From Amoebidium appalachense (Eukaryota > Protista > Ichthyosporea), in assembly GCA_963693365.1 (NCBI GenBank), contig CAVNZM010000006.1, positions 6,241,264-6,305,263 of the forward strand: a stretch of DNA of 64,000 bases. Direction: 5' to 3'. A model generated the notes under the pieces. It ran no database searches and was not told where the DNA came from. It saw only the letters and a list, made by a program, of their open reading frames with translations. Positions 32,513 to 52,537 of this stretch are shown here, one piece after another. The stretch's first letter is position 1; every line of letters starts with the position of its first letter. The translations under genes and the position numbers were made by a program.

Positions 32513-33920
32513 CCACCACCACCACCACCACCACCACCTCCTCCTCCTCCTCCTTTTTTTTCTTTCTTTTTTTGCAACGGTTTTTTTTTTTTTTTTGAAA
32601 GGGGGGGGGGGGGGGGGGGGGGGGGGATGATGCACACATTTTGTGTGTGTGTGTGTGTGTGTGTGCGTGTGTGTGCCACATTGTGTGTGTGTGGGGGGGG
32701 GGGGGGGGGGGGGGGGGGACTTTTTAATTTTATTTATTTTTTTTTTTTTTTTGGGGGGGGGGGGGGGGGGGCTGCCCCCCACCCAAACCCCCCTTTTTTC
32801 TTTCTTTTTTGCAGCGTTTTTTTTTTTTTTTTTTTTTTTTTTGGGAATGCCGGTGGGGAGAGGGGGGGGGGGGGAGTAGAGTCATTTGTAATCCCGCGTG
32901 ATGACTGAACTCTATAATCAACGATAAATTCGTCCACGTCCACTGTCGAACCGAAGACAGTCACCTTCTACTCCGAGCCAGGAGAATCCGGAACATTTCT
33001 GCAACTTGCAATGGGCACCGACATTGCAACTCTTGCCGCGGGCCTTCTCTCTAACGTCTCCTCCGTCACTGTGTGTGACTGCACAGTTGAGTTGTACTCT
33101 GAAGCATATTACGGTGGCACCAATTCTACGTGTATCGCGGCTGGACCCATATGTGATACTTACAACTTGACAGGTGAGTGCAAAGTGTGGTTTTCGGGGG
33201 GACACTCGCAATTGAAGATATCAAACAAACAAAAGTTATAAAAGAGTGTGAAAGTGAGTGTGGCAGGCTGCTTGCATGATTTTCTGAATGTTTATTAACC
33301 TTTTTCAGAATCAACTTAACTGTTGCACTGGAGCAGTCTTCCCATCAGCGGCCCAGCTTATACATCATTATAAGCGGGCCGGCAGACTTATCACCATCGT
33401 GAAATGTGCTAAATCGGATGCTCACTACTATAAAGTTGCTGCTTACTAACACTGGTGGTTTTGGGCCAAACAGACACGACCCTGAACAACCAAGTTGTCT
33501 CAGTCAGAGTCACCGAAGGAAGCCCAGGTAGGTGTTATTTCTATCTTCCTCTTTTTTCTTTTTTTGTCTTTTCTTTTTCATTTTTCTTTTCCCCCATGGC
33601 CTAATCTAGTAATTGACCACTCTGAATAACTTTTCAGCTGCAGCCGCAGTGTGTTGGAGCACCCTCCCGGAGTCAACCACACCGTGATCACACTCTCAGA
33701 GAACAGTGCGTCTTTTTTGCATAGTAGTGCGCTGTCTCAATTTGCATGTAAACAGTTACTGCAGGCTTTGCATCAGCTTGAAATATCGGTATTCAGAGCT
33801 TACACAACCATGGCAGCACATGGGCCATAGACTAGGCACGCTAAGTTACCGTTGTACGTGGCTGCTCCTCAGTCGGAGGCTCCTGGGGGGAGGGGAGGGG
33901 CCCCGGGGGGGAGAGGGGGA

Positions 33921-33954
<34 letters not shown>

Positions 33955-34518
33955 GAACGACAAATTAGGATCCGGGGCACGATAGTATCGTATTCAGGCC
34001 AAGTTGGTGAAAATTGCCGCTGGCTCAGGTGCTCATATCTTTCCCTCCTCCACCCAGTTGTCAAGCAGGACTGCTTCACAGCCATTATCAACGCTGTGCC
34101 CCAGGTCACCCACCAAGTTGGCGATACATATCTTGTTGCATGCAAGCCAGGGTGTATGATCGCGGGAGCAAACGGGTGCACTTACTATCCGAACGTGGCC
34201 ACGGTGTGCCATTCCATCTGGCATTACTTCGGCCCCCAAGGGTACCTGTGCCCCCACGCCATTCAGTATATTGGGACGCATGCATTCTATGCCGCGGATG
34301 TATGCGACAGATATGGTCTTACTGGCAATGCTATGAACATTGCTTCTATTGGCGCATGGCGCTTTGTGGGTATGTTTTTTTTTTTTTTTGGGCCATATTC
34401 CACTGTCTTACTTGCACGGCCATGGATATGCCAAGATCAGCCAAGAACTCTACTTGAGTTTATAATACAGATCTTGTACGTATACAGGTTATACCCAGAT
34501 CCTCCAACCTTGCCCTGA
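29400..34518 (+). CDS. Secreted mosaic protein: signal peptide, beta-helix-like N-cap, cysteine-containing beta-rich region, beta/gamma-crystallin-like domain, LCCL-like domain; several frame breaks (pseudogene or assembly errors); 3' end uncertain
   Basis: ATG 29400 MHNNVIPKFLLVLLCLTSNITLTWG (hydrophobic leader). Approximate exons 29400-29843, 30398-30674, 30716-31244, 31544-31667, 31996-32195, 32910-33173, 33474-33527, 33638-33705, 34058-34369, 34488-. Crystallin-like: VTFYSEPGESG...NVSSVTVCDCTVELYSEAYYGG...LNNQVVSVRV. LCCL-like: YLVACKPGC...GCTYYPNVATVCHSIWH. Confidence 0.6.
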
Positions 34519-35152
34519 TCATGGGCATCACCTCACCAACAAACACGTGCGTGATTACGAACACAGAAATCACAGCCCCGCCATACCCAACGCATCATTC
34601 TCCCACCCACACTACAACGTTAGGAATGAGGAAAGGGAAGGAAGGAGGTAGCAAGAGAATACAAACAGAAACGTTCGCGAGTGTTATCCCAAGGCTTCCG
34701 ACGAGTAGTAGCGCGTCACTCTTATCACCCCAGTAAACGCACCAATCACGTTCGGCTCTTGTTGTAAGATCTTCTCTACACAGTAAACCTAAGAGGAAGG
34801 TCAGTCCCCTTTCGATTCATATAACCCCACACAGAAAAGGTAAACTTAAAAAAACTTTGGCTAAGAGTATTTCATAACAACGTAATTTCCGCTGACGTCC
34901 ATTTTCCCACACAGAAACTTGGCTAATTTGGGCATGAGAAAGATAATAAATTCCCATGTTTTTCTCAGTATTGAGAACTTGAGAGAACTTCTAGGCGCAG
35001 ACGTGTTTGTTTCATTGATACGTTGGAAAATCTTAGACGTTAGAACGAACCCATTGTGTTGGTTTTAAAACATCAACACACAAGGCAAGAGCCAAGATTT
35101 CAGAGCATACCTCCATATTTTTTTGGTGTTGCCTTAGCAGAGACGTTTGAAA

Positions 35153-41904
<6,752 letters not shown>

Positions 41905-41973
41905 AACGTGTTTAGTTAGTTGTACGTGTGCGTACGGGTGAGTATGGGTGGTGTGTGGGTGTGTGTTTAGTGT

Positions 41974-42027
<54 letters not shown>

Positions 42028-42418
42028 ATGTGTATTCATAAACAGATTGAAATACATCATCTATGTGCTGTCTTTTGACGGTGGGACTTTATCTGGCTTG
42101 GTTTAACAGTGGAATTTCATTGGCTTGGGTATGTGCCAGTAAGTGCGCTTTGTTGCATATATTATCGTCTCTGCCACATTGTGTAAATTCTGAAGGGCGT
42201 GTCGTTTCTGGGGCCTCTAATATAAAAAAATAGATGTGAGCATTGTGGTCACGTTGTGTTCTGTACCAGTTTTTCTGTTTGGAAAAGCGAAGCTCTCGAG
42301 ACATGAAAACAAATGATGTAAACAAACCTGTGCGCGTGAGAGAGGGAAACAAGGATTCTGCGATGCGAGCCAGACGTATGGGTTTTTGGTATACTGGAGT
42401 TGGCCTGGAAATTGTGCA

Positions 42419-42461
<43 letters not shown>

Positions 42462-43361
42462 GCGGGGGGACCGGAATCTCGGGTTGGGCAGGGGCTCTGG
42501 GTTTATAGCTAAACGTCATATCAGGTGCAGTAATTATTGCCGTTTATGGCAGCAATTATGCCTTGCTATTGCCATTAATTCTCTTGGATCCAATTAGTTC
42601 TTAGTCTCAAGCAAAGATTCGGCCAGATTCGATTCGCATCCCTCATTTTGAAATGACGACACAATTAGTTCCAGTCGGTTTATATAATGCCATATTGCAC
42701 ATTGTCCTGGTCATACATGAAATTTGAATGTCTGCAATATATGCGAAAGAACCCTGGGCTACGGTGCCCTTAAACTAGACCTTTTTTAAGGGCTGTGTCG
42801 CCATTTCTTTGGTGTGATCGAGATTCTCCATCATGTGCACGTTAGCAATCAGCAAAAATTACAACTGGTGTCCTCGCCTGGAATGATTGGTTTTAATTGC
42901 ACCCATGAGTAAAGCTTGAGTAAATGGCTATTCCTTTTTAGGAGTTTGCCCATATAAGGTGTGGGAGTGCAGGGAAATGCCGTCATCGATATCATGCATT
43001 AATCTTAACGAAAATCCCGGGCTCTAGATCTGCACAGTTGTGTCCCGGGCCGGTTTTTCCTACATACATCTTGTGTGTTAACCATTACATAATGATAAGT
43101 TGACGGGCCTTCTATGATTATGTGTATTGGGGCACCCTACCGGCCGGGGCCAGTGCATGTATCACAGTAGTACCTGACGGTGTGTGCATGCGCTCGAGTG
43201 TTGATGTATACGTACCGCGTGTGTGCGTGTGTGCAAGTGTGTGTGTGTGAGCAGAGTCTTGCGTGTGTGTAGTGTGTGGGCCGGGTGTTTCTGTGTGCAT
43301 GCGTGTGCATTTGTTAAGTATCTGCGTACCTCTCTGTAAAGGCTCGATGAAAGGCCTCTGC

Positions 43362-43412
<51 letters not shown>

Positions 43413-43812
43413 TTCCCCACACAAAAGATAAAAAAAAACCAAAAAAAAAAAAAACCATTTCGTTCACCCTCTCTCCGGGGCCGTCCCCCCCCCCCCCCCC
43501 CCCCCTTGAAGTTCCCCCGCCCTCCCCCCTCCCCCCCCAACCCTACCCGGCCACCACCACTTTCTCCCTCTCCCCCCCCCCCCCCCCCCCCCCTCCCCCC
43601 CTCCCCTCCCCCCGGCCCCCGGGCCCCTTCCCCTCCCAGTCGTGTACCCTCTCTTCTCCCCCCCCCCCCCCCCCCCCCCCCAATTTTGTTTACCCCGAGC
43701 TCCCCGGCCCCCTCATCCCCCCCCCCCCCCTCCCCCCCCATTCGTTTAGTACCCTGTCTCCCCCCCCCCCCCCCCCCCCCCCCCTTTGAGGCTCCCCCCC
43801 ATCCCTTAGCCC

Positions 43813-43898
<86 letters not shown>

Positions 43899-45150
43899 CC
43901 CCCCTCCCTCCTGCTGCCTAGTGTTGCATACTCCACATGCCACGGCACATCCGATTTTTCATTCGCCTTTTATCGTTGACAATGTACTGGGTACGTATAC
44001 AGTAGCTGACCCCATAAAAACATAGTCAAACCCCCCCCCCCCCCCCCCCCCCCCCCTTCCCCCCCTTCCCCCCCCCCCCTCTCCCTCCCCCTCCCCCCCC
44101 CCCATCCGCGGAGAGAAACCGCTGTGTTGGACGAACAACAACAGCATCAAAAAAAAAAAAATGAAGAAGAAAAAAAAAACATACGGCAATGTCATCGCTA
44201 CAACCTGTAGCCCCCACAACATCATCCCTCCACCACGCATACTATTCCTTTACCTGCTTGGTTCCTCTCGACTCCTTGGAATGCTGTGGAACGGTTCACA
44301 GACTGGAGTCATTCTCCCGTTGGATTTGTTCTTACCCCTTCCCCCCACCTCCCTCCCCCCCCTCCCCCCCCTCCCCCCCCCCCCCCCCCCCCTCCTCCCC
44401 TTTCCCCGGGGGCATACACATATACACACCCTGGCTTCACAGCCGGTATGAATGCTCCAGAATTCTCAGATTTCAGGGTTTTTCGAGATTCCCCATCCTC
44501 CCTTCCCTCTCTCCCTCCCCCCTCCACCTCCCCTCTCCCCTTCCCCCCCTCCCCCCCTCCCCCTCCCTCTCAGGTCGTAACAACAGACGACTATGGAGCC
44601 ATGTAAACCTGATCAACGGACTAAAAGCTCTTGAGTTCATTCTAAAGGGTGATCAAAGGGGAAGGGGAGGGGAAGAAGGGGGAGGAGGGGGGTGGGGTGG
44701 GGAGGAGAGGCTAATCATTGGAAAGATTTTTGTACCCGACTGACAAAGGGTCACGCGTGTTGGGGATTTCTGGTTATTATTAGGTGTGCATAGTACCGTA
44801 TGCTCATATATGTGTACATGTGCACACGTATACATGTGTGCGATTTGTGTGTTTTTTCGAGTTGCCAAGTGTGTGTATGAGTGCCCATATGCATGCCTGC
44901 AGAAAGAGTGCATGTGTGTGTTTGTATATGCCGTCTGTGTGTCTGTGAGCACATACACGAGCACATGTGCAAGGAAAACATACACGAGCATGTGTGTCTG
45001 TGTATTCCGAACACGGTTCATTTGTTGTGTACATGCGATTATGCTTGCCAACATACATGTTTGTGACGGGCGCGCTGTCGACATGTGAGTGTATGACGTT
45101 GTGTACGTGTTATGCACGTTGGTGGTGGTGGTGGTGATGGTGGTGGTGGT

Positions 45151-45266
<116 letters not shown>

Positions 45267-45656
45267 CGCACGCGCGCGCATGTGTCCGTGTGCATTTTTA
45301 GTTGGGTGGGCGTGTGCCTGTACCTGTGCACGTGCTCGGTTGCTTGTGTGTGTGTGCGTGTGTGTGTGCGTGTGTGTGAGTGTGGTGAATGCATGCACGG
45401 CCACGTGCGTGTGTTTATTTCCTTTTCGTAGTGTTACCACAGTAGGGATGTAAGGCAATCTTGAGGTTAGGGTCTTAGAGGACATTGTGGGAAGTCGGGG
45501 AGTTACAGCAGGGGTGAGGGGAGAGGAAGGGGATAGGAGGGAGTGAAGGAGGAGCAGAGGTGGAAGGGGGGAGGAGGACGGGGGGAAGGAGCTTTTTGTC
45601 GTCTGATTATTGTTCAATTCCATACCACCGCTCTTGTCTTTTTTTTTTTTTTTTTT

Positions 45657-45688
<32 letters not shown>

Positions 45689-46268
45689 GGGGGGAGGAAT
45701 TTTTTTTGGAGGCAGGGGGGAGGGTGGAAGGGGAAGAGGCCCGGGGTGGCGCTGAAGGGGCGGTAAAAGGCTGGTGGGTTTGTGCGTCTGCGCGTGCCTG
45801 TGCGTGTGTGCGTGCGTGCGTGTGCATGCGCATTTGTGTGTGTCAATGCACTTTATTCTGTTTGTGTTTGTGCTTACGTGTGTGTGCTCGTGTGTTTGTG
45901 TGTGTGTGCTCGTCACGCTCATGTGTTTGTGCGCTCTTGTACGTGTGTATGTTTGTGTCCTCTCCCCCATCCGCCCGTGTTTGTGTGTGTGTGTGTTTGC
46001 GCACCCGTGTGTGTGTTTGTGTGTTTCTTTGCTGGCGTGTTTGTGTGTTTGTGTACATGCGCCTGTGTGTGTGATTGTGTTTTTGGGTGCTTGTGTGCCC
46101 CCCCCTCCCCCCCCTCCTTCCCTTCCTCCCTCCCCGCCCGCCCACTACGTGTTTATGTTTTTGGGTGTTTGTGTACATTTGGGGGTGGGATGGTTATAGT
46201 CAAACACAAACACGGGCTCCGAGACAGTGTGTGTTTGCCTGTGATGTTAGGTTTTTTTTTTTTTTGCG

Positions 46269-46302
<34 letters not shown>

Positions 46303-46775
46303 GGAGGGTTGAGAGGGGGGCGGGTGGCCAGCGGAGGTGTTTTTGTGTGGGATGGGGGAGGAGGTGGGGAAGGTATTGGTTCCACACAAGAACCAGTGGT
46401 GATTTCCCACTGTCTTTTCGTTTTCAAAGTTTTACTTCTCAACTCTTTACTCCTGGTCCAGCACAAAGCTTACACTTGCCCGTACTTTTCGCCAGTGTAT
46501 ACACACTGTCGCATTGGCTCTCCATCCAAGCTCCTCTGCTGCAACTACTATTGCCGCATACTGAGCTATGTCATGTTTCAAAGCCAGAAAGCGGTGTTTT
46601 CATGCACATCTGTTTCGCGTACAGTGCCACGTTTGAATATATTACACATTTCTACATTACATCATATCTTATCGCGGCCACAACAATGCAGCAGAATCAT
46701 GAAGACACCAAGCACGTCTCTTGGTTTCGTCGGCTGATTTCTGGCCAATCAGGTCGCTGCATACCTCGTGCAGAC

Positions 46776-48270
46776 CTAGTAGTCCCATGCGGTCATTGTT
46801 GCGGTGGTGTAGTGCTCTGACTCGATGGGGGTGGGGTACTGGCTGCTGGTGGTGGGCACGGGGTACTGGCTGCTGGTGGTGGGCACTGGGTACTGGCTGC
46901 TGCTGGTGGGCACTGGGTACTGGCTGCTGCTGGTGGGCACTGGGTACTGGCTGCTGCTGGTGGGCACTGGGTACTGGCTGGCAGTGCTGCTGGGGTACAG
47001 GTGGGAGGGGTTGCCGTTGACAAAGCGCTCTCTGTCCTGGGCCGCCAGGGGGCCGATGGGCACGGTGGGGGCAGGCAGGACACCAGGCACATCGGGGGGC
47101 AAGGGGTCGACCACGCCCTGGGGCAGCAGCACGCGGCGCTTGTAGTTGAGGTTGTTGATGGCGGCCCGCCACGGCGTCACGATGGGGATGCCCTTGCCCG
47201 TGCCCTTCTCCGACCCATCGTACCACGTCTGGCTCTTCGCCTGGTAGCCCCATGACGGTGCCTTCTCGCCGCCCATCTGGCCCTCCCCGTCCTGTTTCTC
47301 CCCGTCCTGTTTCTCCCCCGAGGCGCCACCGCCCATGGCCGAGGATGGGCCGCCGACAATCTGGGCCTGGACGTTGCGGATGGTGGTGGCCACCCAGTCC
47401 ACAAAGGCCGGCACAAACGTGTAGACGTCCATGCGCAGGCGGTTGGGGGGGCTCACGTGCACACACGTCGAGCCCCGAGTACGACACAATGCCGACCTGG
47501 CAGGGCCGGTCGATGGGCCGGTCGCCCAGCCGGTCGGTGCCTTCGTTGAAGAGCGCCCCCCGCTGTCGCCCCGGCAGATGCTCACGTCCACCCCCCCGGC
47601 ACAGATCTTGATCATGAGGGTGGGGTCGATGGTGGGGTCCTGGGTGAAGGCGCGGCAGGTGGCGGCGCCAAAGGCGGCAAAGAGGGCGTGGTTGAGGTGG
47701 GTGGGGAAGTCGATGGGCTGCGCCTGGTTGGTCTCTGCCAGTGCGCCCCAGCCGTAGACCTCAAAGCCCGTGCGGGTGGCCTCCTGCGGGGTGGGCCAGT
47801 TGGGGAAGGGGCCGGCATGCAGGCGCATGTAGGAGCCCTCGGGCAGGAAGACGGGGGCGTTGAGGCGCACGAGGGCAATGTCGCCAAAGGACTCGACGAC
47901 GCCGGGCTGGTATGTGGGGTGGATGATGAACTTGGGCCGCCTGGCGCACGGGGAACTGCACGGGCCGCGGCAGGTCCAGGCCGCCAATGGCCACCGTGTG
48001 GCCCGTCTGCATGTCGCAGTGCGCGGCCGTCAGCACCCACTCGGGGTTGACCAGCGCCCCCCCGCAGTAGTGCCCACGCTGCGCCGTGCCGGCGTTGGCC
48101 GGGTTCTAGAAGCTGGCCATCCACGGCCGCGCCCGGCTGGCCTGGGCGCCGTTGAAGATGCGGCCCTGAGGGTCGGTGCCGTTGAGCGAGAAGGGCAGCC
48201 AGGCCCCGCGCACCGACCCGAGCGCCACGGCCAGCAGCGCCGACGGGAGAAGCATGTTGGTGCCCACCAT
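46776..48270 (-). CDS. Secreted S1 (trypsin/chymotrypsin-fold) serine protease, intronless; one in-frame TAG and three 1-nt frameshifts in this sequence
   Basis: Signal peptide MVGTNMLLPSALLAVALGSVRG, activation site R/IFNG, HYCGGALVNPEWVLTAAHC, GDIALVRL, YGWG, ICRGDSGG, QVGIVSY (frame-corrected), VYTFVPAFVDWV. Catalytic His, Asp and Ser are present. Breaks at 48106-48108 (TAG), about 47935, 47556-47561 and 47445-47451. Confidence 0.88.
46834..46980 (-). repeat. 27-bp coding tandem repeat (about 5.5 copies, SSQYPVPTS/T) in protease C-terminal tail
   Basis: GGGCACTGGGTACTGGCTGCTGCTGGT unit repeated on + strand. Confidence 0.93.
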
Positions 48271-50082
48271 TGTGTTCAAGCAGAGAACACGACGGTAGTA
48301 CTGATGGAGCTGTACTGTGCGGTATACGTACTCGCTAGCTGCCACACAGTGCGGGAGGCTGTGAGAGTGTATGATGGGAGAGAAGCAGCTGTGGCCGAGT
48401 TGGTGTTGAATGGAACACCTCTGTAACCTTTGATAGCTGCCGAGTGTAACAATTATGCAATCACACCCCTACGCGTAGTACTATCTCGGTCACCCGTGGC
48501 AGCATGATTAACTTTGTCTCACTCGCACCCTAAAGCACTAATTGCAATTGATTGATTTCTGATTCAATGCATAACTCGATCGTGCTACACAGAGGCACAC
48601 ACCTGTGCAGGCAGAGCTGTACATGGGCCAGAGAGCTTGACGCTTGTGCAAAGGAAATATCGATGTAACTCAACAGGCAAAGAACCCAATCAAAGCGTAC
48701 CACAGACATGAGGCCTAAGTGGCCTAGTCATGGCGTATGAGTGGGTATACATAGAAAAGTTCAAATTTAAATTGGCCCGTGGCACTCATCACCCGCATGA
48801 AGTTCACCCAGATAATTACGTATACATACGTGTATACATCGTATCATTGTGACAGCGAGCACAGAAAGAAATATAGCTAGCTAGTAGGGGAGCATAAAAT
48901 CACTTTCACCTGCTGAGCGTATGGAGTGCTTCGAAAAACTTTAGCCTGACATGGTGAAACAGTGTGATCTGTGTGCAGGGCTTTTCGTGCTTTCTCGCGA
49001 GTCGGACACAGATCACTGACCATAACTCTCGTTGGTCGACACGTCACATGCGTGCACAGATCTAGAAGACTAGGGAGAGATTTTCACCCCAACACACATG
49101 GGGTGAGCGGATTGAGAGTAAATAGTGACATCAAGTACTGTAACTCAAAATAACGATGTCACAGTACATCATCACACAACGCCACGCTGCACAATTCGCT
49201 CCTGATCCCAATATTTTGTTGCCAAGGCAGGTTGCGGGCCCGCGGCCGGCGCAGTCGCGTATATATACGTAGTTCGCGTGCACATAGGTCGTGTTGTTTT
49301 CATACAAAACCTTGATGTTTCGGAAGCTACCATGCATTAGCCTCTTACTTTAGTTGGTTTTGAAAATCATCAGCAGAAGATGCAGCATTGTCAAGTACAT
49401 GTGGCATGTACATGTGTGGTACGTCAGATCTTCAGCGGCTCAGCCTTTGTTATGGTTACCATATTTGGCTAAAGAGTAGATGACACTTACCGCCATTTGA
49501 TTGGTAGAATTTAACAGACGTGGTGTGATTGGATTACGTCATCCAGCTACGGAACGTGCGTGAGCACTATATATTCGATCATCCGGCAATGTAGAGCCGC
49601 TAGAGTGCTTACAAAACATTGATAATATTTCAATAACCATTTGTATGAAAAAGCTTAAAAATGTGATAAAAGAGCCTACAAGAGGAAGTAGAGGATAGGA
49701 AGGGCTATGAGGGGCGGCGGGGAGATCGACGCGTCACGCGAATGGCAGAACTTGAGTGATCTGACCAGATCTGGCCCAATGTGCACCAAAAGATGACCCT
49801 CATTTTGATTGGCTCGTTTTCCACCCGTGCAGATATATGTACACACACAAACCCATTCTCTGTTTCACACTTCTGCCAAACTGATAGCCTAAAAATGTAT
49901 ATGTACTAGTGTAATCCTTCTGAAGAGACATAAGTACCAACAAGCGTTTGCAGATGTCTACACAGACATCAAAAAAACGCCAGCTGAATTCGTGAAACCT
50001 TTGTGAAAAAAAAGTTTTCTGCATACCGCTCTAAAAAGTTCTGCTGTTTTGCACTGGCCTCTACTTTACATTTGTGCTCAAA

Positions 50083-51436
50083 ATGTTGCACACAACGCCC
50101 ACCCTCGTGCTTTTCGCAGCCACCCTTTCCATTTCTGCCATTACCACCACGGAAGCATGGCCCCACTCAAACCACCACAGATTTATAATTAAAACCCACG
50201 AACAACCCCAACCCGCACCATCCCCTTTCTCGAGCTCCAACTGTCCGGCCACGTGCTCACAAGGAGTTTCCGTTGGCAGCACATGTGCACAAAGTCTTTC
50301 TTCTGCGGTTTCCAGCGCAAACGACGGAGGCACCATTTACATTCACCAAAACATCAACACAGACAGCGAAATCCCCATCGGGCAAAAGTCGCTCACTTTT
50401 TTGGGGTGTGGGGGGGTCACAACACCAACGGTTTCGCTGGCGGCCGACCTTCCCTACGGGGCGATTTTCCGTGTGAAGGCACAGCAGAAACAGAGCATCT
50501 CTTTTTCAAACATAAACTTTTTCAGGGCTTCAAACAACTACGGCTCTTTCCTTCGCACTCCAGAGCTCGGAGACGGGGAGTTCCCTGAGGACGTCAACTA
50601 CGAACAGACCGACCTGCACATTTCCGGGTGCAAGTTTTCAAATTTCAAGACCCAGGCGCGCGGTGGGGGGGCTCTATTCGTCGGACGTGCAGGCACGGTC
50701 AGCATCACCAACAGCGTATTTGAAAATTCCGTCGCTACACGACACCCCGAGAACAAGCTGAGGTGGGAGTCGGGCGGTGGGGCTGTGTGGATTCGTGAAG
50801 TTACTGGTAGCATTACAATCGACGGCACAACATTCAGAGGAAACACGCACGAATTTCAGCACGGAAACGGGGGTGCTCTTTGTGTTGAAAATGTGTTTGG
50901 GGGGGCTTCGGTCACGTTTGCCCCTGGGACCGCTTTTGCAGATAACCGCGCACCCGGCGGGGGGGGCTCTATACATTGGCTTGATCGAGGGAAATTTCAA
51001 GACAGAGGCAACCTTTGAAAACAACGAAAACATTCAGGGGTGGGGTACCCGCGGTGGCGCCATGTGGGTCCAAAACATAATAGGTGGTACCATGCAAATT
51101 GGCGGAAAATTTATCGGCAACAAGGCCATGATTGACTCGGCAAAGAGCGGAGGCGGAAAGGGTCGGGGGGGTGCCATTGCGACAAACATCATTCGAAATT
51201 CCGAAGTGGAGGTCATGGCCGAATTTACTGAGAATGAATCGCTCGGGGGGGCTTCAGTGTGGGACGGGCTGTCCCATGGTGGGGCTCTTAGGGGGTCGAC
51301 GATGATATTTCAGGGTAGCAGCCTCAACGGCAATAAAGCCGGCAGAGGATTGGCTGTGCGAATCAACAGAGCATCTGCGGGGGTTATTTCGCTGACAGAG
51401 CAGCGCATGCAGGGAAATACCGTTATCCTGCGCTAG
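50083..51436 (+). CDS. Secreted Pmp-like (polymorphic membrane protein repeat) right-handed beta-helix protein, intronless; one frameshift at G8
   Basis: Hydrophobic leader (TLVLFAATLSISAITTTEA) and alternating FxxN and GGA(L/V/M/I) motifs: FSNF..GGGALFV, FENS..GGGAVWI, FRGN..GGALCV, FADN..GGALYI, FENN..GGAMWV, FIGN..GGAIAT. ORFs 50074-51018 and 50777-51436 join by removing one G at 50959-50966. Confidence 0.82.
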
Positions 51437-52413
51437 ATATATTGGAGATTTATGCAAAATTTCCAGTCTTTCGAATTTTTTTAAAGAGCATGTGTTTTAT
51501 TTTTAAGATTCTGTGTCTTGTGTGAAGCCGTATATGGTTATGAATAAGCGTGCGTATTTTTGTTGTTCTTTTTAAAAAACTTTTTAGGCATGAGCTTCAG
51601 ATTCGTTACGTTTTACCCTAAAAAAAAAAAAGTTTTACCCTCGTTTGTGTGTGTTCAATGCACCACATACAAACAACTCATAAAAATATGACGCGAATAT
51701 TGTACACGGCCATTTTATTTGTTACATACCACGGACTGATTTGGTCACTTACGGAAAACAGAGCTCTATGAAACACAGACATAGGCATACGTATCCAGGC
51801 TCGACGGTAAACGGAAAATAAACCGAATAACCGTCTAACCCCATGTATCTCGTTTTATCCTTACAAGTTCACAACTACGGTAAATCTATGTATGTGATCT
51901 ATTACTAATTTCACAAAGCATCAAACATTCAACAAGGGTATTGTTACCAACGAACGACCACTTAGCACATAAATTCATGTCGTGCATCATCAAGCAGGGC
52001 ATATTCATTCATTCATTCATTCATTTATCTACCTTGCACGTTACACTAGTCAGTATCCAAAATAAAGATATGTGTGTGAGGGTGCAAATGCAACGCCCAA
52101 GGGAGAGTTGGTGTGTCTGTCTATACACACGTATGTGTGGTGTATGCGGCGTCGTGCGCATGCACACAGTTATGTTGAATTCACTACCTGCACTATTGGT
52201 GCAACTACTGTGTGCACATACACTCTAATGCTATTCTTTCCGTGTGCTTGCTGGATCTAAGGATCAGCGCAGAATAACCAACGGACGACAGACAGGGGGG
52301 AGAGAGAGAGAGAAAGGAAGAAAGAGGGTGTGTGAGGGCGCGCGCGTGCGTGTGTGTGTGTGTCTGTGTGTGTGTGTGTGTGTGTTTGTGTGTCCCAGCA
52401 TGGATGTGCCCCT

Positions 52414-52444
<31 letters not shown>

Positions 52445-52501
52445 TCTCAAACAAAAAAAGGGTGGGTGGGGTGGGGTGGGGGGTGGGGGGGGGGGGGGGG
52501 G

Positions 52502-52537
<36 letters not shown>

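Noticed and set aside
33309-33390. Extra exon in the secreted mosaic gene after TTTCAG
   Set aside because: It gives an immediate stop in the required phase; exon 33474-33527 continues the crystallin motif in the correct phase.
48106-51436. Alternative genetic code (TAG = Gln)
   Set aside because: Only one clear in-frame TAG, in a gene with other lesions; conserved genes use CAA/CAG throughout, and TAG plausibly ends the protease and Pmp-like genes.
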